This document shows, piece after piece, positions 39,382-47,644 of a stretch of DNA of 60,289 nucleotides. The stretch lies in the IMG/VR virus record IMGVR_UViG_3300045963_000139, one strand, 5' to 3'. A program made the translations under genes and the position numbers. Origin of the DNA: a virus. Numbering within the stretch: position 1 is the stretch's first letter; each line of letters opens with the position of its first letter. The notes under the pieces were generated by a model that saw only the letters and a program-made list of their open reading frames with translations, was not told the DNA's origin and searched no databases.

Positions 39382-41718
39382 TTAGACCTTCTTTAGACCT
39401 TGCATAGTCTCAGCGAGTTGAATAGCGCGCACGGGCGCATTGCCAGTGATGCGGACCTCGAACTTGTCCGTGCGGTAGCCGGTGGGCAGCCGAAAGGCAG
39501 AGTCATCCGTCACCGTGTGGGTCGCAGCCAGCGTCCCGTTGGTGTACAGGTAGAAGTAAAGCGCCACGTTGGAAGTAAGCAGCGGTTTTAGTCTGCTGCC
39601 TGCTACACGTACTCCAGCCAGCGCGCCGCCGATGTCAAGTTGGGTATTGGTCGGGCTCGGGCCAAACCGATTTCCGTTGCCCGCGATCGGACCCCCCGTT
39701 AGTCGCCCGCTCATAAGCGTGGAGTTGGTGGCGGTGATCGCTGCGTTGGTGTTGGTGATATTTGACACGCTGCTGAAGTCAGCGATCACCCGGGCCGCGC
39801 CAAAGTTTTGAAACTCTTCGGTGCGGATAACACGCGATTTCCACTCGAAGTTCTGATACGGGTAGCCGCTGTCATCCCAGAGGTACAACGTAGCGATCGT
39901 GTTGACTGCATAGTACAGCTTGGCCGTGTTCGGGTTGTAGTAAACCGCCGTGAAACTTTGGTTTGTTTCGGTCAGGAAACCGCCTGTGTGCTGGTCTTTC
40001 TCGAAGATGAAGTTACCCACCGAGTGGCTGGCCATGTACTTGTTGTTGTACCGGGTCGCTGTAATCGTTGTGGGGTCCACCTGCGTGCGAAAGTTGTCCC
40101 AGTCGTACACGTAGTTGGTCACCAGCGATGCGCCTTGCAGCAGCGAGAACACAGCAATACCGCCGCGTGTGGGGAAGTACAGGCCATCGTCCATGTTGAC
40201 CATGCCGCGCTTGGATACACAAGGCATGTTGGAGTCCATGCGGACTTTCTGCATGGCGGTCGGCGTGTTGCCCTGAATAATCCACGGGTTAGCGTCGGTC
40301 AGCACGATAACGGTGGTGCCCACAGAGCCCACGGCCACAACAGTGCGTCCGATTTCTTGATAATACTTGGTTGGCCAGCTATGCGGTTGCCCGGGCTCTG
40401 AGAAACAGACGGTCGTGCCGGTGAAGCCCACCAGCATGTTGTTGTGGATGGCGCGGATACCTGTCAGGCCGACCGGTGGCGGAAACCACGTGGCGCTGGG
40501 CAAAGTAGTAGTCAGACTGGTCAGCGGCTGGGTGTCGACAAAACCCGTTACGGTGAGAGCCCCGACACCAGAAGTGGTGCTCGAAACAGCGTCGGTGATG
40601 ACAAACACGTTGGCATTCGTCACGGAAGTTACCGTGTAGGCTCCCGGCGTGGCCGTTCCCAAGGTCACAGTGATACTTATCGACTGCCCCGCGACAAGCC
40701 CGTGGTTGTTGAGTGTTATGGTATTGGCCGTTCCGACTTTGGAATAAGTGTAGTTGCGCGTGCCAAGCGGCACCTGACCGGCAAGGTAATACGTGGTGCC
40801 TGTAGTGGATGTAACCGTGCGGTACACGTTCACCAGCATGCCGGTCGTTTGGTACACACCACCAGCGTACGCGCCGGTCGTTGGAAACGTGGGGATGCCG
40901 GTAATGGTTGCTGTCGTTCCTTCATACAGATAAACCGAATTAGAAACAGGCGAGGGTGCAGACTCTTCTCCCCATGCGGTGAGCCACGTGTAAACGTAGG
41001 TGCGCGCGAGTTGCAAACCGGTCAGGTCCAGCGTCATGGACGTGAATGTCGGGGCCGGTGAAGCAGTGCCATTGGCAAAATATGTGAACATCGTGGTGCT
41101 TGTAACCGTGATCTGCGCATTGGTGACGTTGAACGCGGTGTTGACCGTGACCCCAGAAATGGTGATGTACGCGCCGGTATTGAGCCCGTGTGGATTCGCA
41201 GTCGTCACCGTGACCGTGCTGCCCGAGACGTAGGCTAGATTGGTAATGACCGTCGCGATGCCCGGGTTTACCAAACGCAGGGCGGCACCGGCAGTCACGG
41301 TTGATGCGGTCAAAGGTGCGGGAAGCCCTAGCGTGTAGTAGGTGTAGGGGTACGCCGTGCTGGCACCGGTTGTGGCCAGCGAGTATGTGGTCGCCTTGGG
41401 TTCTCCGTTACCGGCAGTGTCGCCTGTGTAGTAAACCCGCTGAGTGGAAGCATTGTTGGGTACCGGCGCGCGCACCACGTCGACATCGGAGGCCCAGTGC
41501 AGCCACTTGAAACCACCCACGCCGTCGTCCATGGGGTAAATCGTCTGAATAGGTCCTGTTTTAACCAGATTAGCTTGGTATGACGACGCGTTGTAGGGAA
41601 GGAGGTTGCCCGAGTACAGCTTGACGTTCGTGGCAATCTGAGCCGCGCTGGTCGGCAGTAGTTCCGGGGAGAGCTTCGGAGCTTCCCCAAGGAACTTGTT
41701 GATCTGGATTGCGGGCAT
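39382..41718 (-). CDS. Putative tail (nozzle/tubular-B-like) protein
   Basis: 778-aa T/G/Y-rich beta-type protein. TAATG coupling. Function inferred from size and position. Confidence 0.5.
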   Translation of the reverse strand: MPAIQINKFLGEAPKLSPELLPTSAAQIATNVKLYSGNLLPYNASSYQANLVKTGPIQTIYPMDDGVGGFKWLHWASDVDVVRAPVPNNASTQRVYYTGDTAGNGEPKATTYSLATTGASTAYPYTYYTLGLPAPLTASTVTAGAALRLVNPGIATVITNLAYVSGSTVTVTTANPHGLNTGAYITISGVTVNTAFNVTNAQITVTSTTMFTYFANGTASPAPTFTSMTLDLTGLQLARTYVYTWLTAWGEESAPSPVSNSVYLYEGTTATITGIPTFPTTGAYAGGVYQTTGMLVNVYRTVTSTTGTTYYLAGQVPLGTRNYTYSKVGTANTITLNNHGLVAGQSISITVTLGTATPGAYTVTSVTNANVFVITDAVSSTTSGVGALTVTGFVDTQPLTSLTTTLPSATWFPPPVGLTGIRAIHNNMLVGFTGTTVCFSEPGQPHSWPTKYYQEIGRTVVAVGSVGTTVIVLTDANPWIIQGNTPTAMQKVRMDSNMPCVSKRGMVNMDDGLYFPTRGGIAVFSLLQGASLVTNYVYDWDNFRTQVDPTTITATRYNNKYMASHSVGNFIFEKDQHTGGFLTETNQSFTAVYYNPNTAKLYYAVNTIATLYLWDDSGYPYQNFEWKSRVIRTEEFQNFGAARVIADFSSVSNITNTNAAITATNSTLMSGRLTGGPIAGNGNRFGPSPTNTQLDIGGALAGVRVAGSRLKPLLTSNVALYFYLYTNGTLAATHTVTDDSAFRLPTGYRTDKFEVRITGNAPVRAIQLAETMQGLKKV

Positions 41719-42188
41719 TATTTAGGCCAAGCGCTCATTAAGGTTTGCTCGTCGGTAGCGTGTCCGTCAGCGTTTTTCGCCATTTCTCGATAAGCGCTTG
41801 TGCACTCAGTGAGTACGGTTGCGAGGGCAGCGGTGTACTTGCGATTGGCATCGACGGAATCACTGCCGCTTCGGGCAAGGATGGTTTCGATGGTGGACTG
41901 CAGCACGCGCCCAGACTGAGTAGCACTGGCAGCAGCAGCAGCAGATACTTGAGCGGATTTGGCAGCTTGGGCAATGGCATCGTCTTTCTCCTTCTGGAAC
42001 TGAATCTCACGTTGACGTTGGGCGTCCTTCGCTAAGATGACTGCTTTGTCCCACTGGTCTTGGACTCTGGCAGCTCCGATGTCTTGCTGGTACGCATTGT
42101 ACTTGTGGACTCCAAAAGCGGCAATGCCGACCAGAGCGGCAATAACCAGAAAATCCACCACATATTTATACGGTCCTAAAAGGTTCAT
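41718..42188 (-). CDS. Rz-like inner-membrane spanin subunit
   Basis: N-terminal TM helix VVDFLVIAALVGIAAFGV followed by a coiled coil. Contains an embedded lipoprotein ORF. Last gene of the lysis cassette. Confidence 0.75.
   Translation of the reverse strand: MNLLGPYKYVVDFLVIAALVGIAAFGVHKYNAYQQDIGAARVQDQWDKAVILAKDAQRQREIQFQKEKDDAIAQAAKSAQVSAAAAASATQSGRVLQSTIETILARSGSDSVDANRKYTAALATVLTECTSAYREMAKNADGHATDEQTLMSAWPK
41738..41980 (-). CDS. Rz1-like outer-membrane lipoprotein spanin subunit, fully embedded in the Rz-like gene
   Basis: ORF 41738-42010 trimmed to ATG 41980 behind a strong RBS, aaggaga. MPLPKLPNPLKYLLLLLPVLLSLGAC gives a lipobox Cys followed by a Pro-rich mature part. Confidence 0.7.
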   Translation of the reverse strand: MPLPKLPNPLKYLLLLLPVLLSLGACCSPPSKPSLPEAAVIPSMPIASTPLPSQPYSLSAQALIEKWRKTLTDTLPTSKP

Positions 42189-42403
42189 TTTGGCTCCGTG
42201 TTGGCCTTAAGACCGAGGGATGCACCATGCGTTAGCACTACGCCAGAGATGGCGGTGCCAAATGCAATGAGGTCAATTGGGCCGTGCCACGCTGAATGAA
42301 GCCCTGCGGCTATCACCGCGCCAAGGCTCACCGCCCAGCTAACACGGCCAATGTCATAAGTTACGCCATCAGCGCAAGTGAAGATGTGCCGAATGAAATT
42401 CAT
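42185..42403 (-). CDS. Putative holin (two hydrophobic helices)
   Basis: 72 aa. Segments WAVSLGAVIAAGL and LIAFGTAISGVVL. ATGA coupling on both sides. Confidence 0.5.
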   Translation of the reverse strand: MNFIRHIFTCADGVTYDIGRVSWAVSLGAVIAAGLHSAWHGPIDLIAFGTAISGVVLTHGASLGLKANTEPK

Positions 42404-42615
42404 AGTTCACCCCATCCTGTATCTATATCTGACTGCTCCATAAACGACTGCCACATAATGCGAACGATCGAGCGCGCGCCCTGCGCTTCTTTGACTTGAC
42501 CCTTGGCAACATAGTGTTCCACCTTGTTCTTACCGAGGGCTAGAGCTACGCTCTGACTCTTGATTAGTGAGGGGTGGAAGGGGTCAATGTCATTGAGGTC
42601 AATACCATGGCTCAT
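42400..42615 (-). CDS. Hypothetical protein in the lysis cassette
   Basis: 71 aa. TAATG and ATGA coupling. Confidence 0.6.
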   Translation of the reverse strand: MSHGIDLNDIDPFHPSLIKSQSVALALGKNKVEHYVAKGQVKEAQGARSIVRIMWQSFMEQSDIDTGWGEL

Positions 42616-43016
42616 TAGATGTACTCAATGGTGACTTCTTCACCCGCGTCGAGGGCATCCCGTATTTTGGGGAAGAGGGCGTCGAAGGCGAGTCTTGATC
42701 GGGCGATGGAATCGTCTGATCGCTCATGCCCCACAAGTAGACACCCTTCTGTATCGGCGGCGGTGTTTCCGGGGTGTATGCGAACGCCTTCAAAGTTAGG
42801 TACACCACCAAGCAAAGGCAGATCACGGTCAAAATGAGGACTATGAGTAATGGTGACATCGTAGACTCCGTAGGGAATTGCGGTTTGGCCAAAAACTTTT
42901 TCACCGTCAAGACGCACTTCGTCTTCAAGCGTGAAGCACTCGAACTCGTCATTGACGTACAGCTTACCCAGCGTGCAGTCTTCTTTCAGACCATCGCGTA
43001 CAACTTTGAGTTTCAT
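42615..43016 (-). CDS. DUF5675-type protein, candidate non-canonical endolysin
   Basis: GTLxxxxFxCxTLED...AIPxGxYxV...SPxF...VPxFxGVRIHPGNTAADTEGCLLVG matches the family pattern as recalled. The H...GC arrangement resembles YkuD-type catalytic sites. Sits in the lysis cassette. Confidence 0.55.
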   Translation of the reverse strand: MKLKVVRDGLKEDCTLGKLYVNDEFECFTLEDEVRLDGEKVFGQTAIPYGVYDVTITHSPHFDRDLPLLGGVPNFEGVRIHPGNTAADTEGCLLVGHERSDDSIARSRLAFDALFPKIRDALDAGEEVTIEYI

Positions 43017-43348
43017 TTCACGGTCCTTTCTATAAGGCGGTCCAGCTTGGCATCAAGGAGCCGGTACTGGTCGGTAAAATTTTTTACAACGTTGTTGAGC
43101 GAATCAATGTTTTGGCTATCCCGCACGTGCAGCGCGGCGGCATCTTGCTTCAATAGCTCTACGTCTTTTTTGAGGTCGGCAAAAAACCAAATGACGCTAA
43201 CTGTTTGGACGATTAACGCAAAGATAAAACCGATGGGTACTTTCTTGTCCAAATGCCAGCTCTCTGGTTGTGGTGGTTGAATTTGATTGACGGCGCGACG
43301 CTCGCCACCGCGTCGGTCAAAACCAGAAGGACGAAACTCATCGCTCAT
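43013..43348 (-). CDS. Membrane protein with a coiled coil, possible holin or lysis regulator
   Basis: ORF 43013-43369 trimmed to ATG 43348 (ATGA overlap). TM helix VPIGFIFALIVQTVSVIWFFA. Confidence 0.55.
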   Translation of the reverse strand: MSDEFRPSGFDRRGGERRAVNQIQPPQPESWHLDKKVPIGFIFALIVQTVSVIWFFADLKKDVELLKQDAAALHVRDSQNIDSLNNVVKNFTDQYRLLDAKLDRLIERTVK

Positions 43349-44334
43349 GCCACACCCACTTTCTTCCATGCGCCGTTGTAGGCGTAGAGCCGGTTATTTG
43401 TTGTGTCGAAGTATAGGGGAACTTGCCCCGTAACTGCAGTTGGAACGCCAGTTGGTGGACCGCCGCTTGCGGGTATTCGGATGAAACCGTCAACCATCGA
43501 AGTCGTACCGGCTGCGGTGGTCAGATTGCCAGTACGCGTGAAAGAACCGTCAGCGTTCAGGATATTGACGCCGTCGCTAAACTGGTTGCCGAGGGGAGTT
43601 GCCCCCAGACCACTGCGACCGTCTGCGTAAATGCGCCAGTGTTCGGATGAGTCGTTGTACAGCCGGATATTATCGTTGTGACTGCTGGCTGAACTTTGCG
43701 TAGTAATAGTAGTAAAGTTGGCAGAAAAACTTACGCCAAAACCACCAGCACGTGTGAACAATCCACCGGCGTAACTGCCACCTGTGTACAGGTACCAAGC
43801 AGCGCCGGTCCAGCCATCAGCCCCTACAGCTTTGTTATACGCTAAATTAAAGTTTATGGAGTTGGAAGTAACTGGGTTTGTCACTAAGCCCGTTTTTATG
43901 TTCCACACACCGTTGACTTTTAACGCAGTAGTCGTGGCAGCAGTTGGTACAAAACTTCCCGTACTAGGAAACGTAGCGCCAATCGGGGTGTTGTTGATCG
44001 AACCCCCTACCGTTACCAGCGCAGGCAGCACAGACAAATCAGAAAGACCTTCGGCTGTCAATCGAAGGTCTATCGATGCCCCTGATACGAAGGCCCGAGC
44101 TGTGTATCCTCCGATACCGCGAACAACAGTCCACACAGTGCCGACAATGTTTGTGACTTTGACAATTTCTGTGTTGGCAAAAGTGTCTTGCAAGCATGCG
44201 TAGAACCAGTTACTGCCCGTCAAAACAGGCGGAAAGCCGAGGGATGATGTAACCGTAAGTGTGGTGTCGGCAGCGCTACAGCCAACAGACAGCGTCGTTG
44301 CCGCGTTGTTTGTAAACTGAACGCGGCTGCTCAT
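43345..44334 (-). CDS. Tail fibre/spike protein, paralogue B
   Basis: ORF trimmed to ATG 44334 (ATGA overlap). N-terminus NWFYACLQD..EIVKVT and C-terminus LYAYNGAWKKV are shared with paralogue A. Confidence 0.7.
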   Translation of the reverse strand: MSSRVQFTNNAATTLSVGCSAADTTLTVTSSLGFPPVLTGSNWFYACLQDTFANTEIVKVTNIVGTVWTVVRGIGGYTARAFVSGASIDLRLTAEGLSDLSVLPALVTVGGSINNTPIGATFPSTGSFVPTAATTTALKVNGVWNIKTGLVTNPVTSNSINFNLAYNKAVGADGWTGAAWYLYTGGSYAGGLFTRAGGFGVSFSANFTTITTQSSASSHNDNIRLYNDSSEHWRIYADGRSGLGATPLGNQFSDGVNILNADGSFTRTGNLTTAAGTTSMVDGFIRIPASGGPPTGVPTAVTGQVPLYFDTTNNRLYAYNGAWKKVGVA

Positions 44335-45290
44335 GTCAGCGTCACTTTCTTCCAAGCGCCGTTGTATGCGTAGAAGTTATTCGTGGCTGTATCGTAGTAG
44401 AGCGCCACGTGCCCAGCCAACGACGATGGAACACCTGTGGGCGCTCCAGACGCGGACGAAATATACAGAAAGCCGGAAGTCATGCTGGTCGTACCGGCTG
44501 GGCCAGTCAGATTGCCGGAAATAGTCACAGGTCCGTTGGCCTGCAAAATGTTGACGCCGTCATCCGCAAGCGAACCTCCCAGCACCAGATTGCCAGTCGC
44601 GGACAACCGAACGTGCTCGACGTTTGCATTGTAAAAACCGATGGTGTTGTCGAGCCCCGCACCCAGCCCGGTGCCGCGAGTAACGACTTTCGTGCCGGTG
44701 GACGACGACATCGTAACGGAGTAGGCATTCGCATCCGCCTGAAAAAACCCGGCAAACGTCCCGTTGTTGTAAAAATTCAAGCGACCGCCTGAGTCGGAAT
44801 TGATGCCGACAGCGTTTGCTGCGTTGAGGTTAATGTCGTCAGAGATCGACGGTGTGGTAACTGTACCGACCGTTACAAGCGTGTACCCGTTAACCGTCAA
44901 TGTACTAAATACCCCCGAGCTTGGGGTTGTGGCACCGATCGGGGTGTTGTCAATCGAGCCGCCAGTAATTGTTTGCCCGGGCACCGTCAAGATGTCGGAG
45001 ATCGTCTCGGCCGTGACCCGCAGTTCAACCACTGAGCCCGACGCAAACGCTTGCGCCGTAGTGCCTCCGACCGCACGGGTGATAGTCCACGTGGTGCCGG
45101 TCACATCCGTTACCTTAACAATTTCCAGATTGCCGGAAACGTCTTGGAAGCATGCGTAAAACCAGTTGGTGGAAGCGGTAGTTACCGCAGGAAACGCGGC
45201 CGATGACGTAACCGATACAGTCGTGGCAATAGCCGTGCAACCAGTGGCCAGTGTGGTGTACGCGTTGTTGGCGAGTTTTACTTGTCCCAT
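44331..45290 (-). CDS. Tail fibre/spike protein, paralogue A
   Basis: RBS aaggaa. N-terminus NWFYACFQD..EIVKVT, C-terminus FYAYNGAWKKV. Confidence 0.7.
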   Translation of the reverse strand: MGQVKLANNAYTTLATGCTAIATTVSVTSSAAFPAVTTASTNWFYACFQDVSGNLEIVKVTDVTGTTWTITRAVGGTTAQAFASGSVVELRVTAETISDILTVPGQTITGGSIDNTPIGATTPSSGVFSTLTVNGYTLVTVGTVTTPSISDDINLNAANAVGINSDSGGRLNFYNNGTFAGFFQADANAYSVTMSSSTGTKVVTRGTGLGAGLDNTIGFYNANVEHVRLSATGNLVLGGSLADDGVNILQANGPVTISGNLTGPAGTTSMTSGFLYISSASGAPTGVPSSLAGHVALYYDTATNNFYAYNGAWKKVTLT

Positions 45291-45299
45291 GTCATTCCT

Positions 45300-46004
45300 T
45301 TACGCCCACGGCGATGGCACCACAGATATGTTGGCGCGGCTGAAACTCTTGTTTGCGCGGGCCCGGGCCAGATTGACCATGTATTCCCACTGCTTGCCGT
45401 GGTACTGCGCGCGTTTTTCATCGGTCCATGGGCGCTTGGGCATAGACATCAGTTCGTGCAGCGTGCCGTGGTAAATTGCGCGCCGGTTGGACTCGTAAAC
45501 GATAGGGTCCACAAATGTCGAGCTCACCGTTGGACGTATCGCCACGAAGAGGTACAGCGTAAACGTGTCCGCGTTGCTGACTGCGGGGACAATCGAGATG
45601 TACTGTTCGTCTTTTTGCGTAACGGCCGAAGGTTGTCCGGGGTTGAGGTAGTTTGGCCAGTCAGGCTGAGTGGCAAAAATCTGCTCAGTGGTAAGACTGG
45701 GTATGTCGTACCATTTCTGCGCATTTGTCATGTAAATCTTGGCAGACAAAATAGCCGAGATGGTGCAGTATGCTTGGGGCAGTATCGGCGCATAGTCGAT
45801 TTGCCCAAGCGCGGTCGGCGCGCCGTTTACATAGGTGCAAGGTACGAGTGAAACTGGCAGCGCTGACACCCGAGCGACTTTGGCGCGATCACATAAGTCG
45901 ATCATCACCTTGTTCATATAGAACCCAAGAACAGCGTCTGGGACACCCGGCACGTTAGGCGAAATATCGCCAAAGTAGGTAGCGTAGGGGACAGGAAAAG
46001 ACAT
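45300..46004 (-). CDS. Hypothetical virion protein, connector/adaptor region
   Basis: 234 aa. TAATG coupling. Function inferred from position only. Confidence 0.6.
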   Translation of the reverse strand: MSFPVPYATYFGDISPNVPGVPDAVLGFYMNKVMIDLCDRAKVARVSALPVSLVPCTYVNGAPTALGQIDYAPILPQAYCTISAILSAKIYMTNAQKWYDIPSLTTEQIFATQPDWPNYLNPGQPSAVTQKDEQYISIVPAVSNADTFTLYLFVAIRPTVSSTFVDPIVYESNRRAIYHGTLHELMSMPKRPWTDEKRAQYHGKQWEYMVNLARARANKSFSRANISVVPSPWA

Positions 46005-46669
46005 TACACAACTCCCGGGTTAGTTCCGGGCGGCATGCCCGCGCCTTCGCCGTCGGTAGTTGCGCGCGAATCGGCGCTACTCTTCAGCAACGACGTAAAG
46101 TTGTCGTAGCAGAGCTTGGCTCGACCGTCGTTAACCGCTTCGTTGTCTGTCATCTCCAGCAATGCAACAGTGCCGTCAAGCAAGACGGGGTAGTACGCAT
46201 CCGGCAATAAGGCCGGTGACTGGTTCAGCGCGTACCGAGCAGGTGATTGCACGTACTCTATCTGCAGAGAAATGCCAGCAGTCGCTGGCGGGTAGACAAA
46301 AAAGTTATTAGCGTTGCGCGGGTGGCGCATCCAGTTGGTCGGGCTGCTGGGGGTACCGATCTGCCACGTTGACACCATCAGATCGAGGGCTTCCCGGTTG
46401 ATCTCATTGAGATTCTGTACGCCAACGACGGTCAGTGCTTCCATGAAACGCATGCTGTCTGCAGGTGCTGTTTGCAAGGCACCGGCTGCCGTTGGCATGG
46501 TTGTAATAAGTGCAAACAAGTCGGGGCGAATGAGCGCCATGCGCTTGAGCGTTTGGTTGGCAAACGACAGGTACTGAGCGTCAGTAAAACGCTGAGCAGT
46601 CAGTACACCTAAGTCCTGAACGGCCAACCGCGCATCCGCGACAACGTCGGACATCAGGAAGGTGGCCAT
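46004..46669 (-). CDS. Hypothetical virion protein, connector/adaptor region
   Basis: 221 aa. TAATG coupling. Confidence 0.6.
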   Translation of the reverse strand: MATFLMSDVVADARLAVQDLGVLTAQRFTDAQYLSFANQTLKRMALIRPDLFALITTMPTAAGALQTAPADSMRFMEALTVVGVQNLNEINREALDLMVSTWQIGTPSSPTNWMRHPRNANNFFVYPPATAGISLQIEYVQSPARYALNQSPALLPDAYYPVLLDGTVALLEMTDNEAVNDGRAKLCYDNFTSLLKSSADSRATTDGEGAGMPPGTNPGVV

Positions 46670-46905
46670 TACAGTCCTTGGGCGGCAAGGCCGCGTGAAG
46701 CATCAGCCGACAAAGCGGCGTCATCCACGGGCGCGTCGGCGTTTTTCTTGCGGCGCGCGGGTGCGGGGTTGACGATAGCTTCGGGGTCGGGAAGGGGGTC
46801 GCCTGCTGGATTGGCAACTTCCACGAAGTCCTCATGCCCAATCCATGGGGGTGCGTAGATGAACACTTGGCCGGATGGGATGTGCTTGGTATAACGATCT
46901 GCCAT
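46669..46905 (-). CDS. Hypothetical protein
   Basis: 78 aa. RBS aggag. Confidence 0.6.
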   Translation of the reverse strand: MADRYTKHIPSGQVFIYAPPWIGHEDFVEVANPAGDPLPDPEAIVNPAPARRKKNADAPVDDAALSADASRGLAAQGL

Positions 46906-46938
46906 TGCGCGTTACTCCTGAAGTCGAGTGAATATAAC

Positions 46939-46966
46939 AGAAAAAAGGCCCCGTAAGGGGCCTTCC
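46939..46966 (-). terminator. Rho-independent terminator after the capsid gene pair
   Basis: On the minus strand: aaggcccc-ttac-ggggcctt followed by ttttttctg. Confidence 0.8.
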
Positions 46967-46982
46967 GTACAGACGTGGTCGG

Positions 46983-47618
46983 TTAGACCGCGTATGCAAT
47001 GCCGCCGACGCGGATGCGGAACTTACCAGCCTTGATGCCGGTAGACGAGCCGCCCGTCAGCGCAGCGATTGCCACGCGCAGGACGTACACAGCAGGCAAC
47101 GTGGTCAGGGAACCAGATGCTGCAGGTGTTGCCCATGGCAGGAACGCTGTTGCAGTCGTGTAAGTCAGCGCCGAAGCGTTGGAAAACACGGTTTGGCCAG
47201 AGGCAAACACGGTGGCCGATGGTGTGAAACCAGAGATGGTTGCCACGGTCGAACGGTCAGAGGTCAGCACAGCTTGGTGGCCGATGTTAACGGTCAAGTT
47301 GGTCAGGCCGGTCAAGTTACCTGCGGGCACCACGTCCGGGGTCGGAGCATTGGTATCCACAATTACTTGGACGGACTGGACTTGGAAGTTGTACGGCAGG
47401 GTAGCCACGTCGATCGTGTCAGTCGCGATCACGCCAACACCGGCATTGGGAAAACCGGACTGCACGCCGAGGGCGGTCAGACTGGTACCCGTGCCGATCT
47501 GGGACAGATCAACGGTGACTTCGATGACTTCTTGGCCACCGATAGAAGCATCGCCACGGTATGCAGGAAACACCGTGGAGAGCAGACGACCCTTTTGGTC
47601 GGTGATGTAATTTGCCAT
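46983..47618 (-). CDS. Abundant-looking virion protein downstream of coat, possible decoration protein
   Basis: 211-aa T/G/A/V-rich beta-type protein with RBS aggag. Lies between the coat gene and a strong terminator. Confidence 0.5.
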   Translation of the reverse strand: MANYITDQKGRLLSTVFPAYRGDASIGGQEVIEVTVDLSQIGTGTSLTALGVQSGFPNAGVGVIATDTIDVATLPYNFQVQSVQVIVDTNAPTPDVVPAGNLTGLTNLTVNIGHQAVLTSDRSTVATISGFTPSATVFASGQTVFSNASALTYTTATAFLPWATPAASGSLTTLPAVYVLRVAIAALTGGSSTGIKAGKFRIRVGGIAYAV

Positions 47619-47644
47619 TTCAGATTACTCCTTTTTCGGCGGGT

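Noticed and set aside
43345-45290. Possibility that the fibre paralogues are a diversity-generating-retroelement template/variable pair
   Set aside because: No reverse transcriptase gene is present in the genome. The differences are not confined to a short C-terminal block, and by eye they are not adenine-specific.
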